Assembly (NCBI GenBank): GCA_020184695.1
Contig: JAANOX010000097.1
Span: 1 to 64,000, forward strand
Direction: 5' to 3'
Source: Histomonas meleagridis 2922-C6/04-290x
Taxonomy: Eukaryota > Protista > Parabasalia
DNA length: 64,000 nt
This document shows positions 33,273 to 43,483 of the stretch, piece after piece (position 1 is the stretch's first letter; each line of letters begins with the position of its first letter). Under the pieces are notes generated by a model, which was not told the DNA's origin, did no database searches, and was given only the letters and a program-made list of their open reading frames with translations. The position numbers were made by a program, and so were the translations under genes.

Positions 33273-34949
33273 ATGAGTCAAACGCAAGAGCACCATCATT
33301 CAAAACATAAACACACTGAAGAAACCTCTAAAACAGAACCTGTAGATCAAATTGTACAAGAAGGAAAGACAAAAAAACGTAAGAGGAAGCATAAGACAAA
33401 GGAATCATCTGAAATTCCAGTTATTGACATAACAGAAAGCACCCAAAGTATTGTTCATGTTGATTCTGAACAATCGAAATCTGGTTTAATTTCAATTTCA
33501 CAAATTCCAAAAACAAATACCTTCTTTACACAAAGCGAGCATTCAAACATTCGCACAGGTGTTAAGGAATACCTGGAAAAAAGAGAAAAGGAGTTTCAAG
33601 CAAATTATACAAAACCTGAACAAAAACAAGAAATATTTGATACAAATGATCAAAAAACACTTCAAGAAAAACTATCCACTATCAGAGAATCCATTCAATC
33701 AAATGCAGAATCTTTTGACATCAGTCAATGTAACTTTAATGAGGTACAAATATCTGCTCCTCTTTATCAACCAGATCTTACTGGCATGGAAAACGTTTTT
33801 CTCAACACTGCTGATGGCCTTCTTATGTCTCTTGCTGGAAAGACCGCAGAAGTTACAATCGATCAAATGAAATCTGATCTCAATGCATCTTATCTAAAAA
33901 TTCAAGAAACAAAAAGCGAAAACACTTCGGCCATTGATTACTGTGCAGAAGTGTCCAATCTTTTTGAACATTCTGTTCAACACGTTTCATTTTCAGATCA
34001 AATAATCAATCTTTCACAACCAGAAGTTGCAAAAATGATTTCACTAATTGCAGAGTTCTTTGCCTTCGGAGTCAGCTGCAGCCCTAAGAAGATGTTAGAT
34101 GAAATCTTTATTTATATGACAAATAGTAAACAGACAAAACTTAACACGGCATCACTTCAGTCGTCAATTAACAGGTCACAGATGATAGAAAGAGGAGGCT
34201 TCCCATATTTTATTGATTTTGTAATTAATCTTATTCAAGATTCACAATGTTCTGCCTTTTTGAAATATATTTCTAGAAACCCAGAGCTAAAGGCAAAGTA
34301 TTACTATGCCGATGCTCCGATTCAAGATGGTTATCTCTGTAAAAGATTTTGTGATATAATTGAAAAAATTGATTGCGTTGAACTAAATGGAATATTGAAA
34401 TATGAAACATTGCCGATGAACTTACCACCCATTAGTTCCGAAAAGATGGCAATTCGAGTTGCAGGAAATGTCAATGATTACATTACCCAAAATAGAGATA
34501 ATATCTTACAAGGATTTAATGTACATGAGAAAAACACCATTATTGTATCGAAAGTCTTATTATTATTTGCTGATATAATCCTTACTAATTCCAATGGGAG
34601 CAAATCATCAACCGAATCAATGTGGACCGTTTACGAAACGGTCGCCAAAACTCCATCGGCGCATCCGGAGTACCCCAAATTTGTATCGATTGTCAAGTCG
34701 TCGACCGTTAACCAAGGATTCAAGGACGCCGTTAAAGCGTGGAAAGCCACAATTCAAATGCTTAATGACGGAATTCTTCCATATTTCCTTTTGTTTTGTC
34801 CAGGTATTAAAAACATTAAAAGTATACCAAGTCCAATGTATTATCAAGACTCATTAGCATGTTTGCGAATTTCACATGCACTATTACCACTTAATAATAT
34901 TAAGTTTAACATTGACTACGAAACAATTCACAAACAATTAAAGCAATAA
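33273..34949 (+). CDS. Hypothetical protein with two RUN-like domains
   Basis: AFLKYISRNPELKAKYYYADA and AWKATIQMLNDGILPYFLL...MYYQDS resemble RUN C-terminal motifs. First in-frame ATG is at 33273. Confidence 0.55.
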   Translation: MSQTQEHHHSKHKHTEETSKTEPVDQIVQEGKTKKRKRKHKTKESSEIPVIDITESTQSIVHVDSEQSKSGLISISQIPKTNTFFTQSEHSNIRTGVKEYLEKREKEFQANYTKPEQKQEIFDTNDQKTLQEKLSTIRESIQSNAESFDISQCNFNEVQISAPLYQPDLTGMENVFLNTADGLLMSLAGKTAEVTIDQMKSDLNASYLKIQETKSENTSAIDYCAEVSNLFEHSVQHVSFSDQIINLSQPEVAKMISLIAEFFAFGVSCSPKKMLDEIFIYMTNSKQTKLNTASLQSSINRSQMIERGGFPYFIDFVINLIQDSQCSAFLKYISRNPELKAKYYYADAPIQDGYLCKRFCDIIEKIDCVELNGILKYETLPMNLPPISSEKMAIRVAGNVNDYITQNRDNILQGFNVHEKNTIIVSKVLLLFADIILTNSNGSKSSTESMWTVYETVAKTPSAHPEYPKFVSIVKSSTVNQGFKDAVKAWKATIQMLNDGILPYFLLFCPGIKNIKSIPSPMYYQDSLACLRISHALLPLNNIKFNIDYETIHKQLKQ

Positions 34950-34985
34950 ACAAACGAAATGGTGTGTAAAAAAACAAATTTTTTA

Positions 34986-37160
34986 TTATTTACAAATGAG
35001 TGATATGATTTGTGATATTAATTTATTATGTTCATTATATTGTCGTTTAAGTTTAAGCATTGGTTGAAGTAGTTGAGTAAATGTATTAGTGTTTGGTCTT
35101 ATTAAAATGAATTGTAATATTATCAACAAATGAAATTTGAGAATTGACGTGTCACTTTTGTTCGTTAAGTTTTGAATATATAACCGAAAATATTTTGATG
35201 TGATGTAGTAACAAGAAATTGATGCGTCACCAGTGAAAATCAAATGGAATCCGCACATGAAGTCGGCTGTTTCGTGGTTGCTGTAAGTAATTTTATGGAA
35301 GACTTTCGAAAAGCATTTCAAAATTAGAATATTTCCATTATTGTCATTTAAGAAATCAGAGAAAATTTTGGAATTAGAAGAGTTAACTTTTGGTATTAAG
35401 TCCATTAAAACGTTTTTATTATTAGTTAAATACAAATTAATTGGAAAATTTTCGTTAATTTGCAAATAGGAAAAAATTTCATTGAAACATTTAATTTTGA
35501 TAAATTCATTTCGAAATGAAACGTCATTTGACTTTACATTAAGGAAATTAATGAATTCATTTACGAACATTTTAATATTTTTAATGTTATTCCAAATTTG
35601 TTCAATTGTTTCCTTATTATAAATAATAATTTTTGAATTTGAAACATTTTTAAATATTTCAATAAGTAAAACATTAATTTCATTTGAAACATTAAACAAA
35701 TTATAATTCATAAATATATAAATCATTTGCGGAATTATAATTCCATTTTGTGCGGAAACATTTATAATATTTAATGCGGCAATTAATGATTCATCAATGT
35801 AATCACCGAATTTTATAGTAAAAAAGTCGAACAATGCATTGGATCTTTTCACATTTACGTCAATCTCCAAAACATTTTTTAGTATCAAATCTTTATTATA
35901 ATCTTTTACATAATAACAAATATCGAACAAATGTTTTTCTATTTCTTTTAAATGATAATATTTATATAAAATTATAATATGAAATGGAATAACTTCTTTA
36001 TATACATCAAAATCAATTTCATCATTTATTTTCTTATAATTTATAACTAATAAATCAATTAAAATCAAAATATTAATTCGAATTATTAATTTATTTTTAT
36101 ATTTACATATAATTTCATTTAATGAATTTAGTAAATTAATAAATGGAATTTCATTCGTAAATAAAATTAATGTCTTTAATAATAATGTTCCACAACTTAT
36201 GAATCTCTCATCATTTAATTTCTTTAGAACAATCTCAATACCATTTAACTCAACAAATATATTTCGATGTATCTCAGAACTCAAAAATAATTCCGAAAGT
36301 TCAAACGAACTATTATTAAAATATGAATCCCTTTCAAGGTCATATAAATATTCTTCTGGAAACTTAACACAATATTCGTCTTTGTCATCATTAAGCCATT
36401 GATGACATAACAATTCTCTTACTGTTGGCCTATTCTCTGCTTTCGGATTCAAACATATCATCATAAACGATTGACAATTAATGGATACGTGCTCCGGAAT
36501 TTCAGGTACTTCCAAACCTTGTAATAACATTAACGCTACTGACGTTGGATGTGATGCAAATGGTGGTTTGCCTGTGAGTAACTCAATCATTAATGCGCCA
36601 ATTGACCATATGTCCGATTTGTCTGTTTGTGGAAGGCCTAAAACAGTTTCGGGTGACATCCAATACGGTGAACCTTTTAATGTGTTATCATTGATGGTAC
36701 TTGAAACTCCGAAATCACTTAGCTTTGGAACTCCATCTTTGATAAGTATGTTCGCAGCTTTGATGTCACTGTGAATGTAATTCTTTGAGTGAATTTCTGA
36801 GAGTGCTATGAGTATTGACATTATGTACTTCTTGACGACTTCTTCAGGTAATGAGTGAAACGTTTTGAGCGTGTCAAGTAATGAGCCGCCGTCGGCATAT
36901 TCCATAACTAAACATTCACCAACGCCCTCTTCTGTGAATGAACCATAGCATCGGATGATGAAGTCGTTGTATAAGTTCATGATGACGTTCATCTCGTTAT
37001 TGAACGTTTCCTGGTGTTCAACTGAGTAAACTTTGATTGCAACATCTTTTTGCGAATATATATCGTGCGCTTGATACACCGTCCCTGAGACGCCAGATCC
37101 GATCCTCTTGATGACTTGATAGCTGTGGTTTATGGTGGTGCCTGGTGAAATGCACTCCAT
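34986..37160 (-). CDS. STE11/Cdc15-like kinase with helical C-terminal domain
   Basis: IGSGVSG, MEYADGGSL, HSDIKAANIL, DFG, GSPYWMSPE; Inr TCATTTTT at 37168-37161. Confidence 0.88.
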   Translation of the reverse strand: MECISPGTTINHSYQVIKRIGSGVSGTVYQAHDIYSQKDVAIKVYSVEHQETFNNEMNVIMNLYNDFIIRCYGSFTEEGVGECLVMEYADGGSLLDTLKTFHSLPEEVVKKYIMSILIALSEIHSKNYIHSDIKAANILIKDGVPKLSDFGVSSTINDNTLKGSPYWMSPETVLGLPQTDKSDIWSIGALMIELLTGKPPFASHPTSVALMLLQGLEVPEIPEHVSINCQSFMMICLNPKAENRPTVRELLCHQWLNDDKDEYCVKFPEEYLYDLERDSYFNNSSFELSELFLSSEIHRNIFVELNGIEIVLKKLNDERFISCGTLLLKTLILFTNEIPFINLLNSLNEIICKYKNKLIIRINILILIDLLVINYKKINDEIDFDVYKEVIPFHIIILYKYYHLKEIEKHLFDICYYVKDYNKDLILKNVLEIDVNVKRSNALFDFFTIKFGDYIDESLIAALNIINVSAQNGIIIPQMIYIFMNYNLFNVSNEINVLLIEIFKNVSNSKIIIYNKETIEQIWNNIKNIKMFVNEFINFLNVKSNDVSFRNEFIKIKCFNEIFSYLQINENFPINLYLTNNKNVLMDLIPKVNSSNSKIFSDFLNDNNGNILILKCFSKVFHKITYSNHETADFMCGFHLIFTGDASISCYYITSKYFRLYIQNLTNKSDTSILKFHLLIILQFILIRPNTNTFTQLLQPMLKLKRQYNEHNKLISQIISLICK

Positions 37161-37940
37161 AAAAATGAAATTTTAACATCAAACGCACCATTGAAAAATC
37201 ACTTTTTCAGAGGAATGCATCAAGTTTCCACACACGGAACTCCAAACGGAAGAAACCGCGTTCAAACGGAACACTCGGGAAGTCACTTTTGATTACATTT
37301 CAGGTAGATTTGTAAACTTTTCAATTTCATTATACCCAAAAGAAATTCAATGATTTTAGAGATTTTTCGGGTTGTCAATCGTTAAAAAGTCGAAATAAAG
37401 CATTGAATTATAGTGTTTGTGTTTGTTGGTTGAGAGCGAGGTATGCTTCGGAATGAGCGTCTCAACAAGATTATGATCGCGCCTGGAAAAATATGTCTAC
37501 GTTAAAGTAAATACATTTAATGAACAATTAATAATATAGAAATTTCTATTTTCCAGGAAAATCTTTAAGATGAAATTAATGTTAATCAAAATTTATTTTA
37601 ATTTATACGAGATATAGACGACAATTTAATTATATATCGAATCTAAAAATCATATACAATGAATTTTCCGAGCCCATATCTTCAAGAAAAATTACCATTA
37701 ATTATATAAACCACGAAATATAGAAAATTAAGAAACATTAACGTAATGTTTAACAATGTTTAAATATTATAATTGTAGATTATTATGTGTATTTTCTTTC
37801 ACGTTTTGATGGTAATTTTTGCCAAAACCGTATATTCCACAGAAAAAACAATATCGTTATTTTATTTTGTTGTAACAACAAACCGAATTTCAGGCAAATG
37901 AAAAAGTTCATGTTTTTGAATACAACTGTGGACATTGGAT

Positions 37941-38876
37941 ATGGGAGGATTGTTCAGCTCTATGGGCAAAAAGTCCCTTCCTGAAATTTATATTGATCTC
38001 GAAAATGCAAAGCCAACCACCGAGCAGGAAGAATCTCTTTATAATGAATTTCAGGAAACAATTTTTACTCCTTCAACAGATATATTAGAAAGATTTTCGC
38101 AATATCATGATGGTCAAAAGGAAGCTGCTACCGCCCTTACCAACCCATCACCAGAAACCAAAGAAGCAGCATGGAATGCAATACTTCCCAATGTCAAATT
38201 ACAAATGGAAGTTTATGATTTTGCCAAAGAGATATCAAACAAGTTTTGTCATCTCGTTGATGTTGTTATTAAACTTTCGAATGAAAAAGCAACTGGCGGT
38301 TTTGAAACTATGCCGATTACAATCAAATGTTTTGTTAGTTGCTTTGATATCATATTGAAAATGGACGAAATTAAAATCAAGCTCCCAAAGCTTATCAATG
38401 ATTTAGCATTCTTTCGGAGAAATGCGCCTTCTCATAACTCAGACGGAGATATGGACGGTTTGACAGAAAAGTCAAACATGTCAACGGTTTTTTGGGCCGC
38501 CCCAACGCCGATGCTAACCGAAGTGATCAATTCGCTTCAATCAACATATAGAGACAAGCCAGATGGGTATACAAAATTGTTAGAACTTTTAGGCACTGTG
38601 TGTGATATTTGTACAAGTATTTTAACAAATCATCACCCTGATTCTGAACCAACAAGATTATGTTTACGTTGCATTGTAGGCGCAACATTGATATATGATC
38701 ACATTTCTCCTAATGGTGCATTTGGTGTGAAGCCAACGTTTCATGTTAAAGATGCAATGACACTATTGGTTGAATATCAACCAAAGCAAATTGAATTGAT
38801 CAATGCTATCAAATACTCATCAAAGCACTTGGGCGATGAAAGTGCTGATCCCAAAATCAAAGCATTGTTCAATTAA
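37941..38876 (+). CDS. CYRI: CYRI/FAM49 (CYFIP-related Rac1 interactor, DUF1394)
   Basis: MGGLFS myristoylation-type start, LKMDEIKIKLPKLINDLAFFRR, CLRCIVGATLIYDHISPNGAF, NAIKYSSKHL. Confidence 0.85.
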   Translation: MGGLFSSMGKKSLPEIYIDLENAKPTTEQEESLYNEFQETIFTPSTDILERFSQYHDGQKEAATALTNPSPETKEAAWNAILPNVKLQMEVYDFAKEISNKFCHLVDVVIKLSNEKATGGFETMPITIKCFVSCFDIILKMDEIKIKLPKLINDLAFFRRNAPSHNSDGDMDGLTEKSNMSTVFWAAPTPMLTEVINSLQSTYRDKPDGYTKLLELLGTVCDICTSILTNHHPDSEPTRLCLRCIVGATLIYDHISPNGAFGVKPTFHVKDAMTLLVEYQPKQIELINAIKYSSKHLGDESADPKIKALFN

Positions 38877-39705
38877 AATAATTTGACATCAAAGCCAAAT
38901 CGAATGGTAAAATTCAATAAACGGCTTTTTGTTCAAAAATAATTTAGTTGCAACTATTTGCAAATAGCGAATGTAATTTGACCAATTGGCATTCAGTAAA
39001 AAAAATTTTTTACTCACGAATTTGATTATCAGATGTGTGTACTGATTTGAACACCTTTCTATTCATTAATGTGGAGTGACAATCGGATTTGAATGGAATA
39101 TTCCATTTGAATAAACGAATCAATTTTTGTCACTTTTTATCTGCTACAAAATAACAAAAATCATTCAAAATGCCTTTTTAATAAAAATAATGAACTGGAA
39201 CTGAATGGATAAGGATTATATTCAATAGGTCTTCCATCATACCTTTAAACATTGTCCGATTCAATTTTTTTTATCGTGCATAAATGAATAGATTTTGATC
39301 GTCTGAAGATTGTAATCACCTCGATAAATGTTTTAAATGAATATTCATTAAAAGTGTAATCTCATAATAATGTATGATAATCAGGTCGCATTTTGAAGAA
39401 CAGTAATTATCTCGTTTTAAACTAAAATTTAAGAAAAAGCAATACAAAAAAGCATCACTTTCCGATACTGCCGATTTTTTCCCAGCAGTTTAGTACGTTA
39501 TTCACATAAATGGGGTTAAATTTCTGGCTGTTATTCAAATACTTTACATGGCATTTAACCGGGATTCCCCAAAAATTGAAAGGGTGTTTAACTAATTTCA
39601 GAAACGTTGCCTGGGTTTTGAAAGGGTCTATGGGTGTTTAACTTTTGAAATTCTTGTTCAATTTCAGAACCCCTTTGAATACCAATTGTTTCTTCATTTT
39701 TTTAT

Positions 39706-40836
39706 ATGAATGAACAATGCAACACTGATTATAAGCCAACTGAATACGGCATGCCTCTTGGCGATCTAACACCTGACTATGCAGCTGATAGTGCGCCAAC
39801 ATATAATCCCGAACAAAATATTGAAAATCAAAATGATTATATTAATGAAGATTCTTCAAGTAGCAAGTCTGGATCCGCATTTTCATCTGTAGGCAAAGTA
39901 TTTAAGTACTTCTTTAAATGGTATCGAATTGTTGGTTTAATTGTCACAATATTCTTTTTCTTTTATATGATATGTTTATTTGGAATTTATCATCAAGAGT
40001 ATCTAAGTGCTAAAGATGATGAGACAAAGTCAATCGTTGATGTGCCAGCTTCAGTTCCTGCACTTCATTGGTGCCTTTGGATTGTTGCTCTTGTATTAGG
40101 TATTACCTTAATTTTAGCAAATGGCCCAATCCATTGGGGATTTTCAGTTGCAGCATGCGTTGTGTTTGCAGCATTTTGGATTGCTAATAGTGTTGTTGCA
40201 AGTCAAACAGGCATTTACAAAGCAGCGCAAAACAACATGAAACCCAACGCGTATTATGAGTTAAACGAAAAAATAAGAAATAATAATCCACAAGTAACAC
40301 TCCAAGTTTCAGGATCATATACTAAATTGGAATATGTAAAAGATTCTAACGGCAAATACCACCTTGAACGAAATACATATTACTGTCATTCCAACAAAGT
40401 TACATTTAATAGTGAATCATCTGTTGATAATTCAGACTTTCCAAATATAAGTAATGTCAATGAAGAACTAATTTATGTTCAATTAGATCAAGTCGTTGAA
40501 TGGACAGATACAGCAAAACGGAATATTGACAAACTTAAAGCACAATTCTTACAAGCAATGAAAGACAAATGGTACTCACAAGTAGAAAGGTGGGATCCAG
40601 TATCAGATGTAAGTAGTGTACCTGATTACGTTGCTACTTCAGTTATTTCAGAAAATGAATTAGAAGGATTCTTATCAACAGCTTCAAGAGTTGCTTTGTC
40701 AATATTTTGGGCACCTGCAGCCTTTATCTACAAGTTGGCATCTGCAACGTATTTTATGAGAGGAGCAGTACATAAATTAGAAGCCGAAATGAATACACAA
40801 AGTTATGACTTTTCTGATTGTTATATGACTTGTTGA
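39706..40836 (+). CDS. Multi-pass membrane protein (TMEM151-like)
   Basis: Three N-terminal TMs, a large loop and a C-terminal hydrophobic segment; Inr TCATTTTT upstream. Confidence 0.55.
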   Translation: MNEQCNTDYKPTEYGMPLGDLTPDYAADSAPTYNPEQNIENQNDYINEDSSSSKSGSAFSSVGKVFKYFFKWYRIVGLIVTIFFFFYMICLFGIYHQEYLSAKDDETKSIVDVPASVPALHWCLWIVALVLGITLILANGPIHWGFSVAACVVFAAFWIANSVVASQTGIYKAAQNNMKPNAYYELNEKIRNNNPQVTLQVSGSYTKLEYVKDSNGKYHLERNTYYCHSNKVTFNSESSVDNSDFPNISNVNEELIYVQLDQVVEWTDTAKRNIDKLKAQFLQAMKDKWYSQVERWDPVSDVSSVPDYVATSVISENELEGFLSTASRVALSIFWAPAAFIYKLASATYFMRGAVHKLEAEMNTQSYDFSDCYMTC

Positions 40837-41099
40837 AGAAATTAAATAAAATATGAGTTTTTAGGTTTAATATTTTTGAGTTTCGTTGTTCAAATCCCAA
40901 CAAACTTCATCCATTTCATTCTTTACTTTTTGAATGATACTCATAGAATTTATTATATGAGTTAATGCAAATTTTGTGGACAGCCGATAGAGAATTCAAA
41001 GCAGTTAACCGTAATATCGTTTGGTAAATTTTAAGAAGACGTTAAGTCATTTGTCCAAATTAATATTAAACGTTTTCAGGCCGCCCAAAACAAATCCCA

Positions 41100-42329
41100 A
41101 TGATGAAGACAGAAACAGAAGAAATAGAAATCGTATCACTGCCCCCTTACACAGAACTACGCTTTCTTATGAATGTTAAAGATAGTGTTACAGTCGAAAT
41201 TTCTGATGGCCTTGCCTATTCCTTTTATTGGGAATTACCATACCGCCCTATTACATTTCAACAACAACCATTTCCAATAACTTCATTTGAAACAGGGTGT
41301 AAAGTCAAAATATCTGGTACATATATTTCATACTATATTTCTCCACTTCAAATACCTCAATTTCTTGAAAACGTCAAAGCAGAAGTTGACCGAAACTCTC
41401 CGCCAGTCATTTGTGTGGTGGGTGTTCCAGGTGTTGGAAAAACATCACTATGCAAAAGCATCTGTAATTTCATTTTGCGAAACACCGGTAAGTATCCAAT
41501 TTACGTAAACGCTGATCCCGATCAAGCTCTTTTTTCTCCTCCAGGCTGCATTGGTGCCTTGCCAGTTACTGATTTGATCAGTAACAAAGGTTTTACTTTT
41601 ACTGATCCACTTGTATACTTTTTTGGAAACACTGTAATTCAAGAAGATCGTCAAAAGCTTTATGTAGATCAAATGGCTGAGCTTTCAATACATATTCAAA
41701 AACGTCGGCAAAATTCAATAGGTTTTGATGGTGGGGTAATTATCGATTTTCCATCTGTTACGTCCCCGTGTATTAGTAGTAGTCTTGATTCTGTTATTGA
41801 ATCTTTTGGAGTATCATTAATTGTCGTATTAGCAAATGACAAATTACATCATCAAATTCGACGCAAATACCCACAAATTCCTATCGAAAATCTTCCAATG
41901 ATTTCTGGGTGTATACCTCTAAGCAAAGAAATGAAAAATGTAATACGCGATAATATGATAAAACAATATTTTTATGGAGATGGTTCACCTGAATTACTAC
42001 CAACGAACCATTTGATATCAAAAGAAAATGTTGGGTTATTTAGTTTAGGTCCATTGGTTAATCGACATGATCAAATATTGATGAAAATGGAAACACCAGA
42101 CCCTAAAAACCCGTCCCCAGTAGCCTTCGGCTCTAGGTTAGAAAACTGTATTTTGGCTTTGGTGGGGAATTCAACAAAAAATGAAATGTGGAAACAAAAC
42201 GCTTTGGGATTTTTACACGTCATTAACTTTACAGAGGAAGGGCAGCTGAATGTGTTGAAGCCTGCAAGAACTGCTTTGCCATCTTCGACAATAATAGCAA
42301 GTTTGATAAAATGGACAGCTAGTCAATAA
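41100..42329 (+). CDS. CLP1: CLP1 polynucleotide 5'-kinase / mRNA cleavage factor
   Basis: ELRF N-terminus, GVPGVGKTS P-loop, ADPDQ..FSPPGCIGA, LVYFFG, GGVIID, ALGFLHV. Confidence 0.88.
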   Translation: MMKTETEEIEIVSLPPYTELRFLMNVKDSVTVEISDGLAYSFYWELPYRPITFQQQPFPITSFETGCKVKISGTYISYYISPLQIPQFLENVKAEVDRNSPPVICVVGVPGVGKTSLCKSICNFILRNTGKYPIYVNADPDQALFSPPGCIGALPVTDLISNKGFTFTDPLVYFFGNTVIQEDRQKLYVDQMAELSIHIQKRRQNSIGFDGGVIIDFPSVTSPCISSSLDSVIESFGVSLIVVLANDKLHHQIRRKYPQIPIENLPMISGCIPLSKEMKNVIRDNMIKQYFYGDGSPELLPTNHLISKENVGLFSLGPLVNRHDQILMKMETPDPKNPSPVAFGSRLENCILALVGNSTKNEMWKQNALGFLHVINFTEEGQLNVLKPARTALPSSTIIASLIKWTASQ

Positions 42330-42364
42330 ATAAAAATTTTATTTACTACATTTTTCTTGCTATG

Positions 42365-42646
42365 CTAAGTGCTTTGATGAGATATTAAAAATGATTCAAT
42401 CAAATTGTTGCATTCAGTTAGATGTTGATGAGATGAAAGAGAAAGTGTTGTCATGTTGCGTATGCTATCAACAGTGTTTGAAATATGTTTAGGATTATGT
42501 GTCTTTTTAATATTAAATAAGGATTTTAATTCATCAAGTTCTGTAACAGCAGAGTTACGAACCTGACACATAGCCGAAGAGTAAGGGTTACTAATATAAA
42601 ATAATGCTTTGGAATAATCTTCGTGAGCAGATTTAAAAGAAGTCAT
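42365..42646 (-). CDS. Small hypothetical protein
   Basis: 93-aa ATG-initiated ORF with coding-like composition, convergent with CLP1. Confidence 0.5.
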   Translation of the reverse strand: MTSFKSAHEDYSKALFYISNPYSSAMCQVRNSAVTELDELKSLFNIKKTHNPKHISNTVDSIRNMTTLSLSSHQHLTECNNLIESFLISHQST

Positions 42647-43483
42647 TTCTTATTTCATAAATGGCAAAAAAATTGAATGAAAAAAATTGTGTCAAAAACG
42701 CACTTTTCTATCGTAGGTTAGCAACCATTGGAATTCATTATGGAAAAAGCTCAAGAAATAGAAAACAAAGAAAGTTCAAAACGTAAGCAAAAGGTGAGGA
42801 GCTTATCCAATAATTTCAAATGCTTCAAAATATTATATATAATTTGAAAACTTTCATTACAAGGGTTATTTCACGGTGTTTTATTTGTTTTTATGTGGAC
42901 AAAATACATAAATTTATTAAAAATAGTGTTGAATTATACCTCACAATAAGGGTTAGAATAATTATTATATAATGCTATTATTATTAATTTATACAGAACA
43001 TGTTTTATTTTTATGTGTTTGACATCAAAATGACATTGGTACTTCAAATTTAAAACGTTTTTGTGTTTTATTACTGAAAATCAATAAAGGCTTTGAGAAG
43101 GAAACCACAGAAAAATTCGTGTAAATTTTGTTTTGTATTGGGATTTTACTTTATCTTAATGTACATTAAAATTTCATATCAAAATTTTAAATAATATTAA
43201 ATGTAATGCAAAATTTGGAATATTATTAATTGCACTTTAATACTGCTAAAATAAATCTGAAATTTCGAAGCAAACATTTTTACCATATGATGCATTCGAG
43301 AAAATGTTAAATTATTTAAATATAATTCAACAATTAATGTATAATAAGATTAAAAAAGGTCGATTTTCAGTGAAGAAAAATTAATCATTTCGTATCCTGA
43401 TGCGGAACGATTTCCAATGTAAACTATATAAAATTGAGGCTTAATTTAAATCATAGCACTTTTTATGTAAATCATTAAATCAA

